35,173 nt of DNA from Paraspadella gotoi (GCA_051294375.1 CM119267.1:11507315-11542487), one strand, 5' to 3'; counted from the first letter of the stretch, positions 1 to 30,700 are shown. Translations and numbers: made by a program. The notes: generated by a model from the sequence alone, not told the origin.

Positions 1-981
1 GCTCGCGATGCCGAAAAGAAGAACGGATCTCAGAAAATGAAAGTCGGCACGTGCTCGACAATTGAACGCGGGTTCGGATTTTTCAAATCGATTTATATTT
101 CGATCAATCCTTTCCATTAACTCTCCAAACATTCTTTCTATTGTGTTTTCTAAAAGAGGAATCATACCAGATGGCTTTCGTTTACAGCGAAAGAGTCGAT
201 CTCGATCTTTTGGTCACGTGTCGTCGACTTNNNNNNNNNNNNNNNNNNNNNNNNNNNNNNNNNNNNNNNNNNNNNNNNNNNNNNNNNNNNNNNNNNNNNN
301 NNNNNNNNNNNNNNNNNNNNNNNNNNNNNNNNNNNNNNNNNNNNNNNNNNNNNNNNNNNNNNNNNNNNNNNNNNNNNNNNNNNNNNNNNNNNNNNNNNNN
401 NNNNNNNNNNNNNNNNNNNNNNNNNNNNNNNNNNNNNNNNNNNNNNNNNNNNNNNNNNNNNNNNNNNNNNNNNNNNNNTCATAGTATCTTTACTGATCAT
501 CGAGTCTCACGTCTCACGCCAACGCACATACAACATCATCCGGGCATCTTTCTGTCTTTTCAATTTCCACCAAACTTTTTTTAAAAAACTCTAAAACATT
601 AAATGTTCACTTCCCAGCTCTCTCAGTTTTCCAAGAGCGAGAATTTAAAAAAAAAAAGAGAGAGAAAAAAAAGTCGAAAAAATGATAAAAATTCATAATC
701 TTCGTCTTGGAAATGTTTTGGTGTAAAATGACAAAACAGAAGCGGCGAAAAAAGTTTAGCGATGATAAATGAATATTGGACTCCGGCGACGACAGCGACG
801 ACGACGACGAATAAGACGACGTTGACGGGGAGAAAGTATGGTGTTGTTGTTGTGAAGGTAAAGTCGATTAAAATGTTTCACCTTAACGATAAAAAACCAG
901 GGAAAAAAAAGAAGAAAAGAAACGCTTATGGCGCTACCTCGGCTCAATTTCTTTTCGTCTCTTCATTTCTTTCTTTGATAC

Positions 982-1070
982 CTTCCTTCCTTCCTTCCTT
1001 CCTTCCTTCCTTCCTTCCTTCCTTCCTTCCTTCCTTCCTTCCATCCTTTTTTTCTTCCTTCTTTCCTTCC
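982..1070. repeat. (TTCC)n microsatellite
   Basis: Direct reading. Confidence 0.95.
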
Positions 1071-1333
1071 TTCCTTTTTTCCTTCCATCCTTCTTTCATC
1101 CTTCCTTCCGTCAATTTTTCCTTCCGTGTTTATTTACTTCTCTCCTCCATTCCTTACTTTCTTTTTTTCTTTCTTTCTTTCCTTTCTTCTTTTTTTCCCT
1201 CCGCTCCTATCCTTTTTCCATAGATTTACACCATTTTTTTCCCTAATTTTACATTCTTATAATTTTCACTTCCTCAATTCCATTAAAAGTAAAACCAAGA
1301 AATGAATAATAATTATCACAAAAACGGAAGCGA

Positions 1334-1341
<8 letters not shown>

Positions 1342-1376
<35 letters not shown>
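1342..1376. repeat. (ACG)n microsatellite
   Basis: Direct reading; similar tracts at ~10385-10412, ~17910-17946, ~19012-19050 and ~31538-31570. Confidence 0.95.
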
Positions 1377-1497
1377 TCCGTAACGACGCTGACGACCGCC
1401 AAGGAGTTGGATTCTCGATGACATCCTCATAAACAAAACAAAAACAAAAACAATTTTGTACCTGGAAAGTGAGGATGAAAAACGTCAACTCTGCATT

Positions 1498-1573
<76 letters not shown>

Positions 1574-2161
1574 ACATTGCGCCCCTTTTTTAAAATCTCA
1601 TCCTCGATTGATTTGATTCAACTTCGACCTCAAACGATGATAATTCAAGACAAAACGGATAAACTGAAAAAAAATAATCATTTCTTCATCGCCTTCGTCT
1701 TTTTCTTCGTCTTCGTCGTATTTTCTTGTTTTCATCCTCTTTTTTTTCTCCTCGGCCTTCATCGAGCTGAAAGACTTCATTAGTCTTCATCGCTCAATGA
1801 ATTTCAAGTAGAATTTTACCAGAGAAAAAAAAGGTAAATTTTCTTTTTCTTTTTTTTATATGAAAAATTTCTTTACTTTCCATAAATTGTTGAAAAAGAC
1901 TTACGTATCAAAATTATGTGTTGACGTTTTATAAATATCTAAAATGAATGGCATTAATGAATGGCATTAATCAACGCAGCTGATAATCAAATAGCTAATA
2001 ATCAATGATTAACTAATGTCTATCGGCTTTGCGTCCGGTCGTTCGTTCGGCGCGTCGTCGTCGTCGTCGTGTCGATGACGGCGATGGTTTACGTGAAATT
2101 GGCGCGAATGAGATTCTTTCGCGTGATTTCTTGAGAGACGTCGAACTTGGCGACGATTGAA

Positions 2162-2242
<81 letters not shown>

Positions 2243-2568
2243 GAGAGATGAGAGAGAGAGTGGACATGATGAAGATGATGATGATGATCATCGCTTTCGT
2301 GCCATCTCGTTTCGACCGCCATCGTTCGTCGCGACCATCTTCTTCGGGACATCGCGTGTGCCATCGATCGGCGAAGATGTGCGGACGGCAATTAAGAAAT
2401 GCCGCTGCGAAGAGGAGGAACTTGTGAAGGGACACGAATCACGCCATCGAAATGAAAGAACTCGAACTCTTCTGAAGGGGGAGAGAGAGAGAGAGAGAGA
2501 GAATACTGGCGACAAAGAACAAGGAAAATGTTTTTAGGAGATGAAATTGATTTTTAAAATGCAAGTTT

Positions 2569-2819
2569 GTGGCGGTATATTCACACCGCCTCACGTCCAC
2601 CATCCTTCAGCCAAATCCATTGGCTCAGAGGGGGAACACACCATCCCAGGCGTAGTGTTCCATCCACAGTCCTAACGACTTCCCTCTGCGTTGGCAAAGC
2701 GAGACCGTCCTAGGGTAACCGCGCCAGTGACTGGATGCGTCACTGAGGGTCGGAAGCCCCCAAAGCCAACAGTGAGATGCCCCATCCCAATGGGCATCAC
2801 AGGCAACCCGGCTGTTGCC
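2569..2819. other. Hairpin-dense, GC-balanced island; candidate structured RNA or structured repeat element
   Basis: Eight 6-7 bp complementary pairs read directly from the sequence and nested compatibly (coordinates in findings). Confidence 0.45.
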
Positions 2820-3576
2820 ATAAGTTAACCAATGAAAATGGAGAACGAATGAATTGCGTCTTACGTCGTTGAAAGATATTTTGTTACCTCGCGTCCGGTC
2901 GTTCATTTTTAGTCATATAAGTATTTAAATAAATTAAGATGCGTCTGGCTCCAAATAACATTCTAAAATGCATAATTGCATATAGCACGTGCGTCCGTGC
3001 TCGAGTTTGACATATAAACAATGGCCGCTTCTTCTCTTAAGTTATCATTTTTTTAAATTGAAAAAGAAAAAAAAGAAAAAAGATTCGATTTCTCGAATTC
3101 GTGCCCCTTCCTTATAATTTAAAACTCGACACCTTTTTTGTTCTTCGAAAACTTAAAAAAAAAAAGAGAGATTATTGAGCGGAAAAAAAAAATTTCCTCG
3201 CTTCTCGAAAAATTTTGAAATTTTAAAAGGCTGATTCCACTTTCTATTTAGCTTCTTCTTCCTCCTTACTCCTTCCTCTTTTTTTTCTTTTAGCTCCTCT
3301 ACTCCAGCCACAACTCTTTCTTTACTTCTTCTCCCCTGCTATTTCCTCAAGTAAAACCTTTTTCTACTTATCCATCATCTCTCCGCATTCTTCGCCTTTC
3401 ATCCTCTTCTTTCTCCTCCTCCTCCTCATCTTCCTCCTTTTTTTCCCTTCCTCTTCCTCCTTCTTAACGTTCCTCATAAGGAATTAAATTTTAAGCGACG
3501 AAACTAAAAAAATAAAAAAAGGATTATAATGTGTGAACTAAAAGATAACTGTAACTGTATCGTTTTGAAAGTACTT

Positions 3577-3625
<49 letters not shown>

Positions 3626-4139
3626 TCCCTTCTCTCCTCTCACACATTCATTCCGGCACAGCGAGTTATCCGATTTTTTTCAATCCTTGCTTTCGACTTG
3701 AAAATTGAAAATATAGGATTTTGCGCGGGAGCAATCAGCAAGATCTTCCGATATTTTCGAAAAACCTCCTGAATACGTAAATCGAATTCTATTCCTGACG
3801 GAAAAAAAAAATAAATATGGCGGACAAATTTTTAAAAAAAAATTATCGATTCAATATTTTGCGGTTACCGTTAAAAAGGTTGTGCTTGTGCAGTTTCAAT
3901 TTTCCTATTTCCATGATGTTGCCAGCTTTGATTTTTTGGGTTTCATTATTACTTTCTTTCTTTCTCGTTTTCTTTCTCTCTATTTTGGAATAGGTCTTTT
4001 TTTAACTTACCTTTACCTCGCTCTTTCCCCCTCTCTCTCTATCTCTCTCTCTTTATTCCTTTCCTCACTTATCGCTTAAGATCGCTTAATCCCTTCAGTC
4101 GTTTTCTCTCGGTTCCATTTACTTTCCGGGTACCATTTC

Positions 4140-4855
4140 TGTTTTCCTCCCTTTTTCCCTTTCCCCCCATTTTCTTCCATTTTCCCAATTTTCCTCCCTT
4201 TACCCTTTTGCCCCATTTTCGTCCTTTTTTTCCTTTCCCTCCTTTTCCTCCCTTTCCCTCCTTTTCCTCCCTTTCCCTTTTTTCCCCTCTTTCCCTCCCT
4301 TTTCCCCCATTTTACTCCCTTTTCCGCATTTCCTTTTTTTCCCTTTTTCCCATTTTCCTCCCTTTTCCCCTTTTCTCCTCTCCCCATTTTCCCCAATTTT
4401 CCTCACTTTTCCCCCCATTTTCCATCTTTTCCCCTTTCCCCCATTTTCCTCCTTTACCCCCATTTTTTCCCTCTCTTTCTCCCTTTTCCCCACTTTTCCC
4501 CTTTTCTCCTTATTTCCCTCTCTTTTCCTTTTTGCCCCATTTTTCTCCCTTTCCCCATTCCCCCATTTTGCACCTTTTTCCCTTTTCCTCAATTTTCCTC
4601 CCTTTCCCCTTTACCCCCTTTCCTCCCTTTCCCCCCTTTTCCTCCTTTTCCCCTTTTCCTTTTTTCCCCTTTTCCCCTTTCCCATTTTCTTCCCTTTTCC
4701 CTCATTTACTTCTTTTACCCTTTTTCCTCATTTTCCTCCCTTTTCCCCATTTTTCCTCCATTTTTCTCCCCTTTTCCATATGTTCCCCCATTTTTCACCC
4801 CATTTCCCCCATATTCCTTTCCCTTTTCCCCTTTTCCCCTATTTTTCCCCCATTT
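4140..4855. repeat. Long C/T-rich low-complexity tract (CCCCATTTT / TTTTCCCC-type motifs)
   Basis: About 700 nt almost free of G on the + strand. Confidence 0.9.
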
Positions 4856-5026
4856 GTTTCCTCAACTTTTATTCATTCATTTTCCCTTCTTTTCTGTTTC
4901 CCTCGTAAAAGCGGTCATGGAAACAGCGATTGCCTTTTTTTTTTCGGGAGAGAGAGAAATCCTTTATTTTTTTTTATTTCCCCTTCCGACCGCAAAGAGG
5001 CATGGAAGTGACTCGGAAAGGGGAGG

Positions 5027-5642
5027 CACTATATGAGCTTAGTACGGTGGAATGACGGAAAATATTACAGGGCCTCGCTATCAAGCGAGAAGACGAACAC
5101 TATATGAGCTTAGTACGGTGGATGATGACGGAAATATATCACAGGGCCTTGCTATCAGCCAGAACGACTACACTATATGAGCTTAGTACGGTGGATGATG
5201 GAAAATATCACAGGGCCTTGCTATCGAGCCAGAACGACTACACTATATGAGCTTAGTACGGTGGATGACGGAAAATATCACAGGGCCTCGCTATCGAGCC
5301 AGAACGACTACACTATATGAGCTTAGTACGGTGGATGACGAAAAATATCACAGGGCCTCGCTATCGAGCAGAACGACTACTATATGAGCTTAGTACGGTG
5401 GATGACGGAAAATATCACAGGGCTCGCTATCAGCCAGAACGACTACACTATATGAGCTTAGTACGGTGGATGACGGAAAATATCACAGGGCCTTGCTATC
5501 GAGCCAGAACGACTACACTATATGGAGCTTAGTACGGTGGATGACGGAAAATATCACAGGGCCTCGCTATCGAGCCAGAACGACTACACTATATGAAGCT
5601 TAGTACGGTGGATGACGGAAAATATCACAGGGCCTCGCTATC
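5027..5642. repeat. 70-bp tandem minisatellite, about 9 copies, last one partial
   Basis: Unit CACTATATGAGCTTAGTACGGTGGATGACGGAAAATATCACAGGGCCTCGCTATCGAGCCAGAACGACTA repeats head-to-tail (e.g. starts at 5241 and 5311) with no unique spacers. Confidence 0.97.
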
Positions 5643-8052
5643 CCCAAGAGCATTTGGGCATTCGGACGCTGATGTTGACGATTTTCTAATTTTTGATTGA
5701 CGCGAACAGTTCGTACGGTGTCGTAATTTCAATATCATTGATTCACTGCACGTTATTAAATTCGAAAAAAAAAAAAAATTCAAGCGAATCCTCATTCAAA
5801 ACAAACGAACAAATGAATAAACAAACCAACAAACGTAGGACATCATTTCCCATTCTTCTGGACCAAGCATTTAACAAGAGAGCAATGGCGACCTCTTTGG
5901 AAAGGACACCGACAAGGCCAAAACGATATCGAGGTAAACAAATGACCATTCGGTCTAAAATCGAATGACGTTGAGACGTTGTCATCGTCGATAAAAGGAG
6001 CAAAGAGGAAAACTATCGCCGTCGGTGGCGCTGCGATTCCGCTGATTAAAGGTTAAATGACAATATATCCGTAATAAGAATGAGCAGAAAGGCAGATGAA
6101 GGAAGGTCTATTTTTGTACGTACAATTTATTCAAAGATTATTTGAAAATATGTAATTTTTTTCCCTTGTTTTTAATCTTCTGTTTTTATTTTTTTGTTTT
6201 ACGTACTGGGCCTGAATTTATATATACTCCGAACTGAATACGGCCTCTGTGGTTTGGTCCTCTTGTTGTTGTTGTTGTTGCTGTTGTTGTCGACGTTATT
6301 TAATTTATATTTTTTTCTTCGCCCCGAGCTTATGGATTTTTTTCGTTTCGACGTTAGAATGCAACGATTTTAATTACTAAGCGTCAATATTCATTACGTC
6401 TCGGACGTCGTTCTTTTTTGTAATTCTTTGTTTTTCGTTTGTTTATTTCTTTTTTTCTTTTTTTTTTTGTATGAGCGGAATTTATTATCGTCGATGAATC
6501 AGTCTTATTTTTGTCCCGCAATATCAGGTTCTCGTATATGTACACCCATTCTCGGATAAAATGGAATGAAAGGGAGAAACATAAACATAAACACAGGGAC
6601 CCATTGCAAGGGTAATCGATTTTATTGAATAAGGNNNNNNNNNNNNNNNNNNNNNNNNNATAAGGGGAAGAGAGAAGAGAAGAGAGAGACGAGAGATGAA
6701 GGAGAGAGAGAGGAGGAGAGAGAGAGATGAGAGAGAGAGGAATTTATTAAAAACTATTCCTTCCTCAGACCCGTCGCGATTGATTTATTCCCCATTTCAT
6801 TTTCTGTCCTCTTGTTCTTTCCCAGTGTGTCAGAGAAAAGGAGAGAGAGAGATGAGAGAGAGAGACGAGATGAGAACGAACGAGAGAGATGAGAGAGAGA
6901 GAGAGAGAAGAAGAGAAGAGGAGAGAGAAGAGACGAGAGGAGAGAGAAAAAGAGAGAAATAATTATGAGTTGTCCGCTTTTAAATTCCCTCTTGAGAGAG
7001 AGAGAGAAAAAGAGAGAAATAAGTTATGGTTGTCGTTTTTTTTTACGTCTAATGGAACTCACGACCACTTCGACATTCTCTCCGATTATTTTTTTTATTT
7101 TACAATCGCGAGTAACAAACATCGAGAAAATCCGACTCATTCTTTTATTCTTTTTTTTTTTATTTTCCGCGATTAATTTGACGTCATCGACGTGGATTGG
7201 TGCCATTGCGATCGAAATTCAGCATTTCGGCGATGCAATCATGGAAGTAATAACCAAAGTGAATTCAGTGCCAAATACATATCGACGCAAGCTGTTCAGC
7301 TTTGCGCTCGGCCACATTATTACGCTTCTATTGAATTCAAAGAAAATAATCAATTAAAAACAAATAATTAAAATCTTTGAATTAATAATTAATTAATAAT
7401 TAATAATTAATAATTACCATATCTTATACGATTCGATAATTAAGAGAACTCCACAGCTGTTTCCCTTCTGAGACCCGCCCGGCCTTTGCTCCCTCGACGT
7501 GCCGTGCAGACCTTCCTTGCCGCGCCGCGCCGTGCCGCGCCACGCCGTGCCGTGCCGTCTGTTATTCGACGAATTCGCTCACAACAAAATTAAATGTCTC
7601 ATCCTCACATCATCTTTGTCCCGAAATATAATTTCATGTTTGAGCAGATTGTATTTACTACCTTCAATGTAATTATTTGTCACCATTTTTGATTTGGTAA
7701 AACACCTGATCGTTTTACCGGAAAGATCGGGAGTATTTAACGACAGGTACAAACCAGATAGCCTGATAGAGAGACAGACAGACTGACTGACAGACTGTTA
7801 GACAGATATCATCTCATCAGGCGGCTACAGATGTTTCTAATATCCTTTCGTCCTTTTCGCGCGACCCTTTAATTTCGCTCCCTCGACGATCATCCGTTTT
7901 GCTTATCACCCTCTCTGCTCTCTCTCTCTCTCTCNNNNNNNNNNNNNNNNNNNNNNNNNTTTTATTGCTATCACCCTCCTCTGCTCTCTCTCTCTTCTCT
8001 GCTTTCTCTCTCTCTGCTCTCTCTCTTCTTGTCTCTCATCTCTCTCCTCTCA

Positions 8053-8096
<44 letters not shown>

Positions 8097-8498
8097 TTTA
8101 CTCATTTTCTTCTTCTTCCCCGTTTCTTTTTTTCTCTCTCAAAAGTTCTTGCGTCTCCCTTACTTACCCCTGCTTCCCATGATATGTTCATTTGTATTTC
8201 CTATTTTTTTGTTTTGAATAATTAATTTGTTCCATCTTTTTTTGTGTGTGTGTTTTACATTGTTTTTTCTTTTTTTCTTTTCTCCTCTTTTCCAATTCAT
8301 TTTCCCATTTCCTCTCCTTTTTTCCCAAATGTTCTTTTTTTTTATTTACTTAGTCTTGGGCTCTTTTTTTTTCCATTTTTTACCTCTTTCACCATTTTCT
8401 TTTTTTTTCCCTATACTCTTGTCTTTCCCGTCAGCATCCTCTGCTTCTTCCATTTCTCTTTCTCTCACTTCCTCTCTTCTTCTCTCACTCCTCTCTTC

Positions 8499-8531
<33 letters not shown>

Positions 8532-9091
8532 TCTCTTGATTCTCTCTTCTTCCTCTCTCTGCTGCACCTGCTGATGGGAAACAAAACATTTAATCCCCAA
8601 ACGATGGAATAAATGACTTCTTTTCTCCCCAGGAAAAGAAAAGGAGAAAAAAAAGAGTAGGCGAAATTCGCAGCGACAGTGGAAAAGAGAAGAGGAAAGA
8701 AAAGAAAAAAAAAAACTTATCACGCGTCAATTTAAGATTGACACGAAATGATTCTTAAGAACAAGAATCATTTTTCTTTATCAGTCTTTATCAGTCTGCT
8801 ACTTCTATTTCGATGCGAGTGCAGAGAGCAATATACATTAAATACATTACAGATAAATACATACATAAAGTAACAGGCCTTTTATTCAATTGAAGCAGTT
8901 CATAATTATAATTATAATTATAATTATAATTATAAGTCTTAAAAGTGATAGAATTATGATTGAAGTTAGTTTGTGAGAGGAATGAGGGACTTCACCCATC
9001 ATAGCCTATCCAGAGTCTGGGGAAAAATATCTAGTTAGAACATCATTTGGCTTAAAGAACATGAGATAAATCTTAACTGAAAGAAACGTTA

Positions 9092-9165
9092 TAAAAGAAT
9101 ATGTTGACTAACTTATAAAGAAATATGTTGACTAACAAAGAAAGAAATATGTAGACTAACTTACA
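9092..9165. repeat. ~24-bp tandem repeat x3
   Basis: aaagaaatatgttgactaac core present three times. Confidence 0.8.
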
Positions 9166-9306
9166 GAAACGCAACAGAATAAGAAAATTCAAGAAGAGAA
9201 CCTCGGAAAAAAAAAAGGACAATAGGAACTCGGAAGGAAAGCCGAGGAAAAAAAGAAAGGTTGGGTTTTGGAAGATTAATGGAAGAAAGAAGTAGCGAGA
9301 AAAGCG

Positions 9307-9414
<108 letters not shown>

Positions 9415-9619
9415 GCATTCGACATTAAGTACCCGAAACAAACAGAAAAAAATTCATGGAAAAAAAGATAATAAGATAAAACATGACGCGACCGCGTTGA
9501 GCGATGAGAAATTGACAGACGTTTTTCCGCGAGATGAAAAAGATTTACGGTCGCCTTTCGATTTTTCGGGAAACGGAACGAGAAAACCAAGACTAATCGT
9601 CTCTCTCTGCTCTCTTCCT

Positions 9620-9680
<61 letters not shown>

Positions 9681-9871
9681 CTCTCTCGTCTTCCCTTCTT
9701 ATATTTTTCACAATTCTTTCCAATCTTTTTTCTACAATATTATCCGCCGAATATTTTTTCTCATATTTTTCAGATTTTCTCAATTTTTTTTTTCGCTCGA
9801 TTCTTGTCTGTCTCTCCGCTTTATTGAACGTTCGACTTCTGACAAAACTCTTGTTTTTCACTAATTGTCTT

Positions 9872-9939
<68 letters not shown>

Positions 9940-10174
9940 GCTCTCTCTCTCTCTCTCTCGCTCACGTTTCTCTCCCTCCTTTTCTTTCCCCCTTTCAGAA
10001 ACCTCATTATAAAGAAGATACGCTTTCCGTTGACGACCGCCAAACGAGCGACAAAAGGGAAAAAAAAAAACCAAAAAAAAAAAAAAAAGAACGAAAAAAA
10101 AAATGGTTTCAAATATTTTTCATTGAACCAAACAAACCGACGAAAGAAGACGCTGACGACGAAGAAAAACGACG

Positions 10175-28458
<18,284 letters not shown>

Positions 28459-28476
28459 GTTGTTTTGTTTGAAGGA

Positions 28477-28512
<36 letters not shown>

Positions 28513-28718
28513 AGAGAGAGACAGAAAGGATGGGAGAGAAGAGAGAGAGAGAGAGAGATGAGAGAGAGAGAAGAGAACAAAGACAGACAGAACAGCCACA
28601 CAGAATCAGCAATAAATACCAACGAAGCGGACACCTTCTGCGCGCCAAGTCGAGCGTTCGACATCGACGAGTCTTCTAAATAAAAAAAGGCCCCAGAAAA
28701 CCCCGAGTTAACCTCGTT

Positions 28719-28777
<59 letters not shown>

Positions 28778-29390
28778 ACTCTCTCTCTCCTCTCTCTCTC
28801 TCTCTCTTCTCTCTTTCTTTATATTTTCTCCCCCTTTTTTTTAACGTCTTTCCTTTTCTTTTCATTATTTTACAGTCCTATTTTTTTTCTTTCTCTTTCC
28901 ATTCGTCTTCCGCGCTGAGAAAAATAAAATACTGTCATAATCTCTTTCGCTTTTCACCTCTGCTGCTCCTTTCCCGCGATTTGGGTGAGACCTTTTAACG
29001 AGTGAAAGAGGAGGGAAATGAAAGCAGTGGCAACGACTACAAGAGTCTATGTTGTTTGACTTTTAAAGGTGTTATCATCATGACTAATTGCTTTGTTTGG
29101 TTTCCTAAAATATGAAAAAAATTGGAGGGAAATGCCAAGAATAAATCAAAGCAATGTGAGCATCTTCCTTTTTTTTTAATTTCTAATTTTTTTTCACAAC
29201 AAATCTACAGAAATGTTATTGTAAAATTACATATATTTTTACTTTTATCTTTTTTTCCTAATTTTTTTCTTTCAGTACTTTTAAATTTTTATTAATTTAA
29301 TCTTTTGCAGAACTAAAAAAGTAAGGTAAGAAGATAAATAATTTAAAACAAAATCAATGTGAAAACCTTCAAGATCAGATCGCCCCTCAG

Positions 29391-29618
29391 ATGCTGTCGA
29401 CTGGAACCTCGAGTTTCCTTCTCATCCTTTTCGTTGCCTTTGTCCACATGGTCGTCATCGCCGGAAGTGAGTCCAACTACCCAAAGTGGTGGCTTGACAT
29501 CTCGAACGACTACTTGGTCCACAAGGATGATCCGGAAGTCATCAATCACGATTGGGTCATGTACTGTGATGGGCACTCGGGCAGAATGAGATCCAGGCGA
29601 GCGGTGAACGTTGTTTGA
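29391..29618 (+). CDS. Probable small secreted protein, or first coding exon of a secreted-protein gene; family not recognised
   Basis: MLSTGTSSFLLILFVAFVHMVVIAG is signal-peptide-like and is followed by non-repetitive SESNYPKWWLDISNDYLVHKDDPEVINHDWVMYCDGHSGRMRSRR. Codons are C3-rich within an AT-rich context. The 3' boundary is uncertain because several splice donors are possible. Confidence 0.62.
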   Translation: MLSTGTSSFLLILFVAFVHMVVIAGSESNYPKWWLDISNDYLVHKDDPEVINHDWVMYCDGHSGRMRSRRAVNVV

Positions 29619-30288
29619 GCTGATCTTGCAACCTCCATTGTTAAAAATCAATCTCGTACCTACTTATTTCTTGTCACTTATAAATTTCATAACTAAGCAT
29701 GCGTTAGTTTAAGTAATTTATTGTAGGAAAGAGTGCCTTTGGACCTTATTCCTTTGGACGCATGATGGCTTTTGTCGAAAGGGTGGGCGATTAGGAAATA
29801 GATGCGTGGAAAAGCCGTGGAAAGTTCTTCTCAGTTGTTTTCCTACACAGTATTGGTTGGAAAGCAGGCGAGTGCTAATAACATTAGTTTTAAACTATTC
29901 CGTAAGAAAGTAATCAATTTTTTCAATTTGCGAGAATTCTTCCATTATTTTTATATCATCTTAACCAAAATTTTTCCTGAATCCAAAAATAATTTTTGAA
30001 TTGAAAATGGTCATTCAACCCCGTTTCTTTTATAAATGTTTCACTAGGGTTGAATGCATGTTTATGAAAAAACATTGCCCACGAGGATGGTCTTGCAAAC
30101 CCAGAGATTCGAAAAACTATTCCTAGTGAAATCGCGGACTGGAACTACAGTTGCTTGCTACTTTTAATTACCAACACTGGACTCGCCATCTTTTGATTAG
30201 TAAACCCAGAACACAGTTCATAAAAAAAGGGAAGAATCTTCTTCGAATTAGCATTAGCATCTATTTCCCTTTCATTTTTTTTCAAATA

Positions 30289-30700
30289 GGAGTGAAATTA
30301 AATGAGTAAAGAACTGATTCCGATTAATATTTACCCAATCTTTAGTTTATAAACTCCCTGATGGTTATGTTCCTTCATAACAATTTGAGAATACTTTAGA
30401 TTTTGCGCACATAGACCACCGGAGATTTTCTTATTTGATACCTTACTTTAAAGTTTATTGTAAAAAAAATCGGAGCTGAATATTTTCATATTTTTTAATA
30501 TTTTAGTTAGTATAACTTTTTAAGAACAGGAAAAAAAATGTTCATTAAATGATTAATATATTTCAGGGTTAAATAAGGCAATAAGCTCATACCATATTAT
30601 TACTCTTTTTCTGTTTTTTGTTCAAGCTGAAGTTGCTACATTTAATAATATAGGAAGAGCACTTAATATTTTCATTTCAGTCACACTTGAAATCCGTGTC
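30289..30700. repeat. Diverged AT-rich dispersed repeat, copy 1
   Basis: Collinear blocks shared with ~33749-34086, e.g. ttttcatttcagtcacacttgaaatccgtgt vs ttttcatttcactcacatttgaaatccgtgt. Confidence 0.6.

Noticed and set aside
62-584. ORFs running through N gaps (also ~11715-12168 and ~20612-21281)
   Set aside because: They are open only because N codons contain no stops.
2625-2906. Minus-strand 93-aa ORF over the structured island
   Set aside because: No motif or clear splice signals; the base-pairing pattern explains the region better.
5027-5642. CRISPR array or coding repeat (ORF 5317-5532)
   Set aside because: Units are contiguous with no unique spacers, no cas genes are present, the context is eukaryotic, and the 70-nt period shifts frame.
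5840-5935. Possible upstream exon ending at GAG|gtaaac
   Set aside because: No recognisable peptide and no phase-compatible acceptor found in exon 1.
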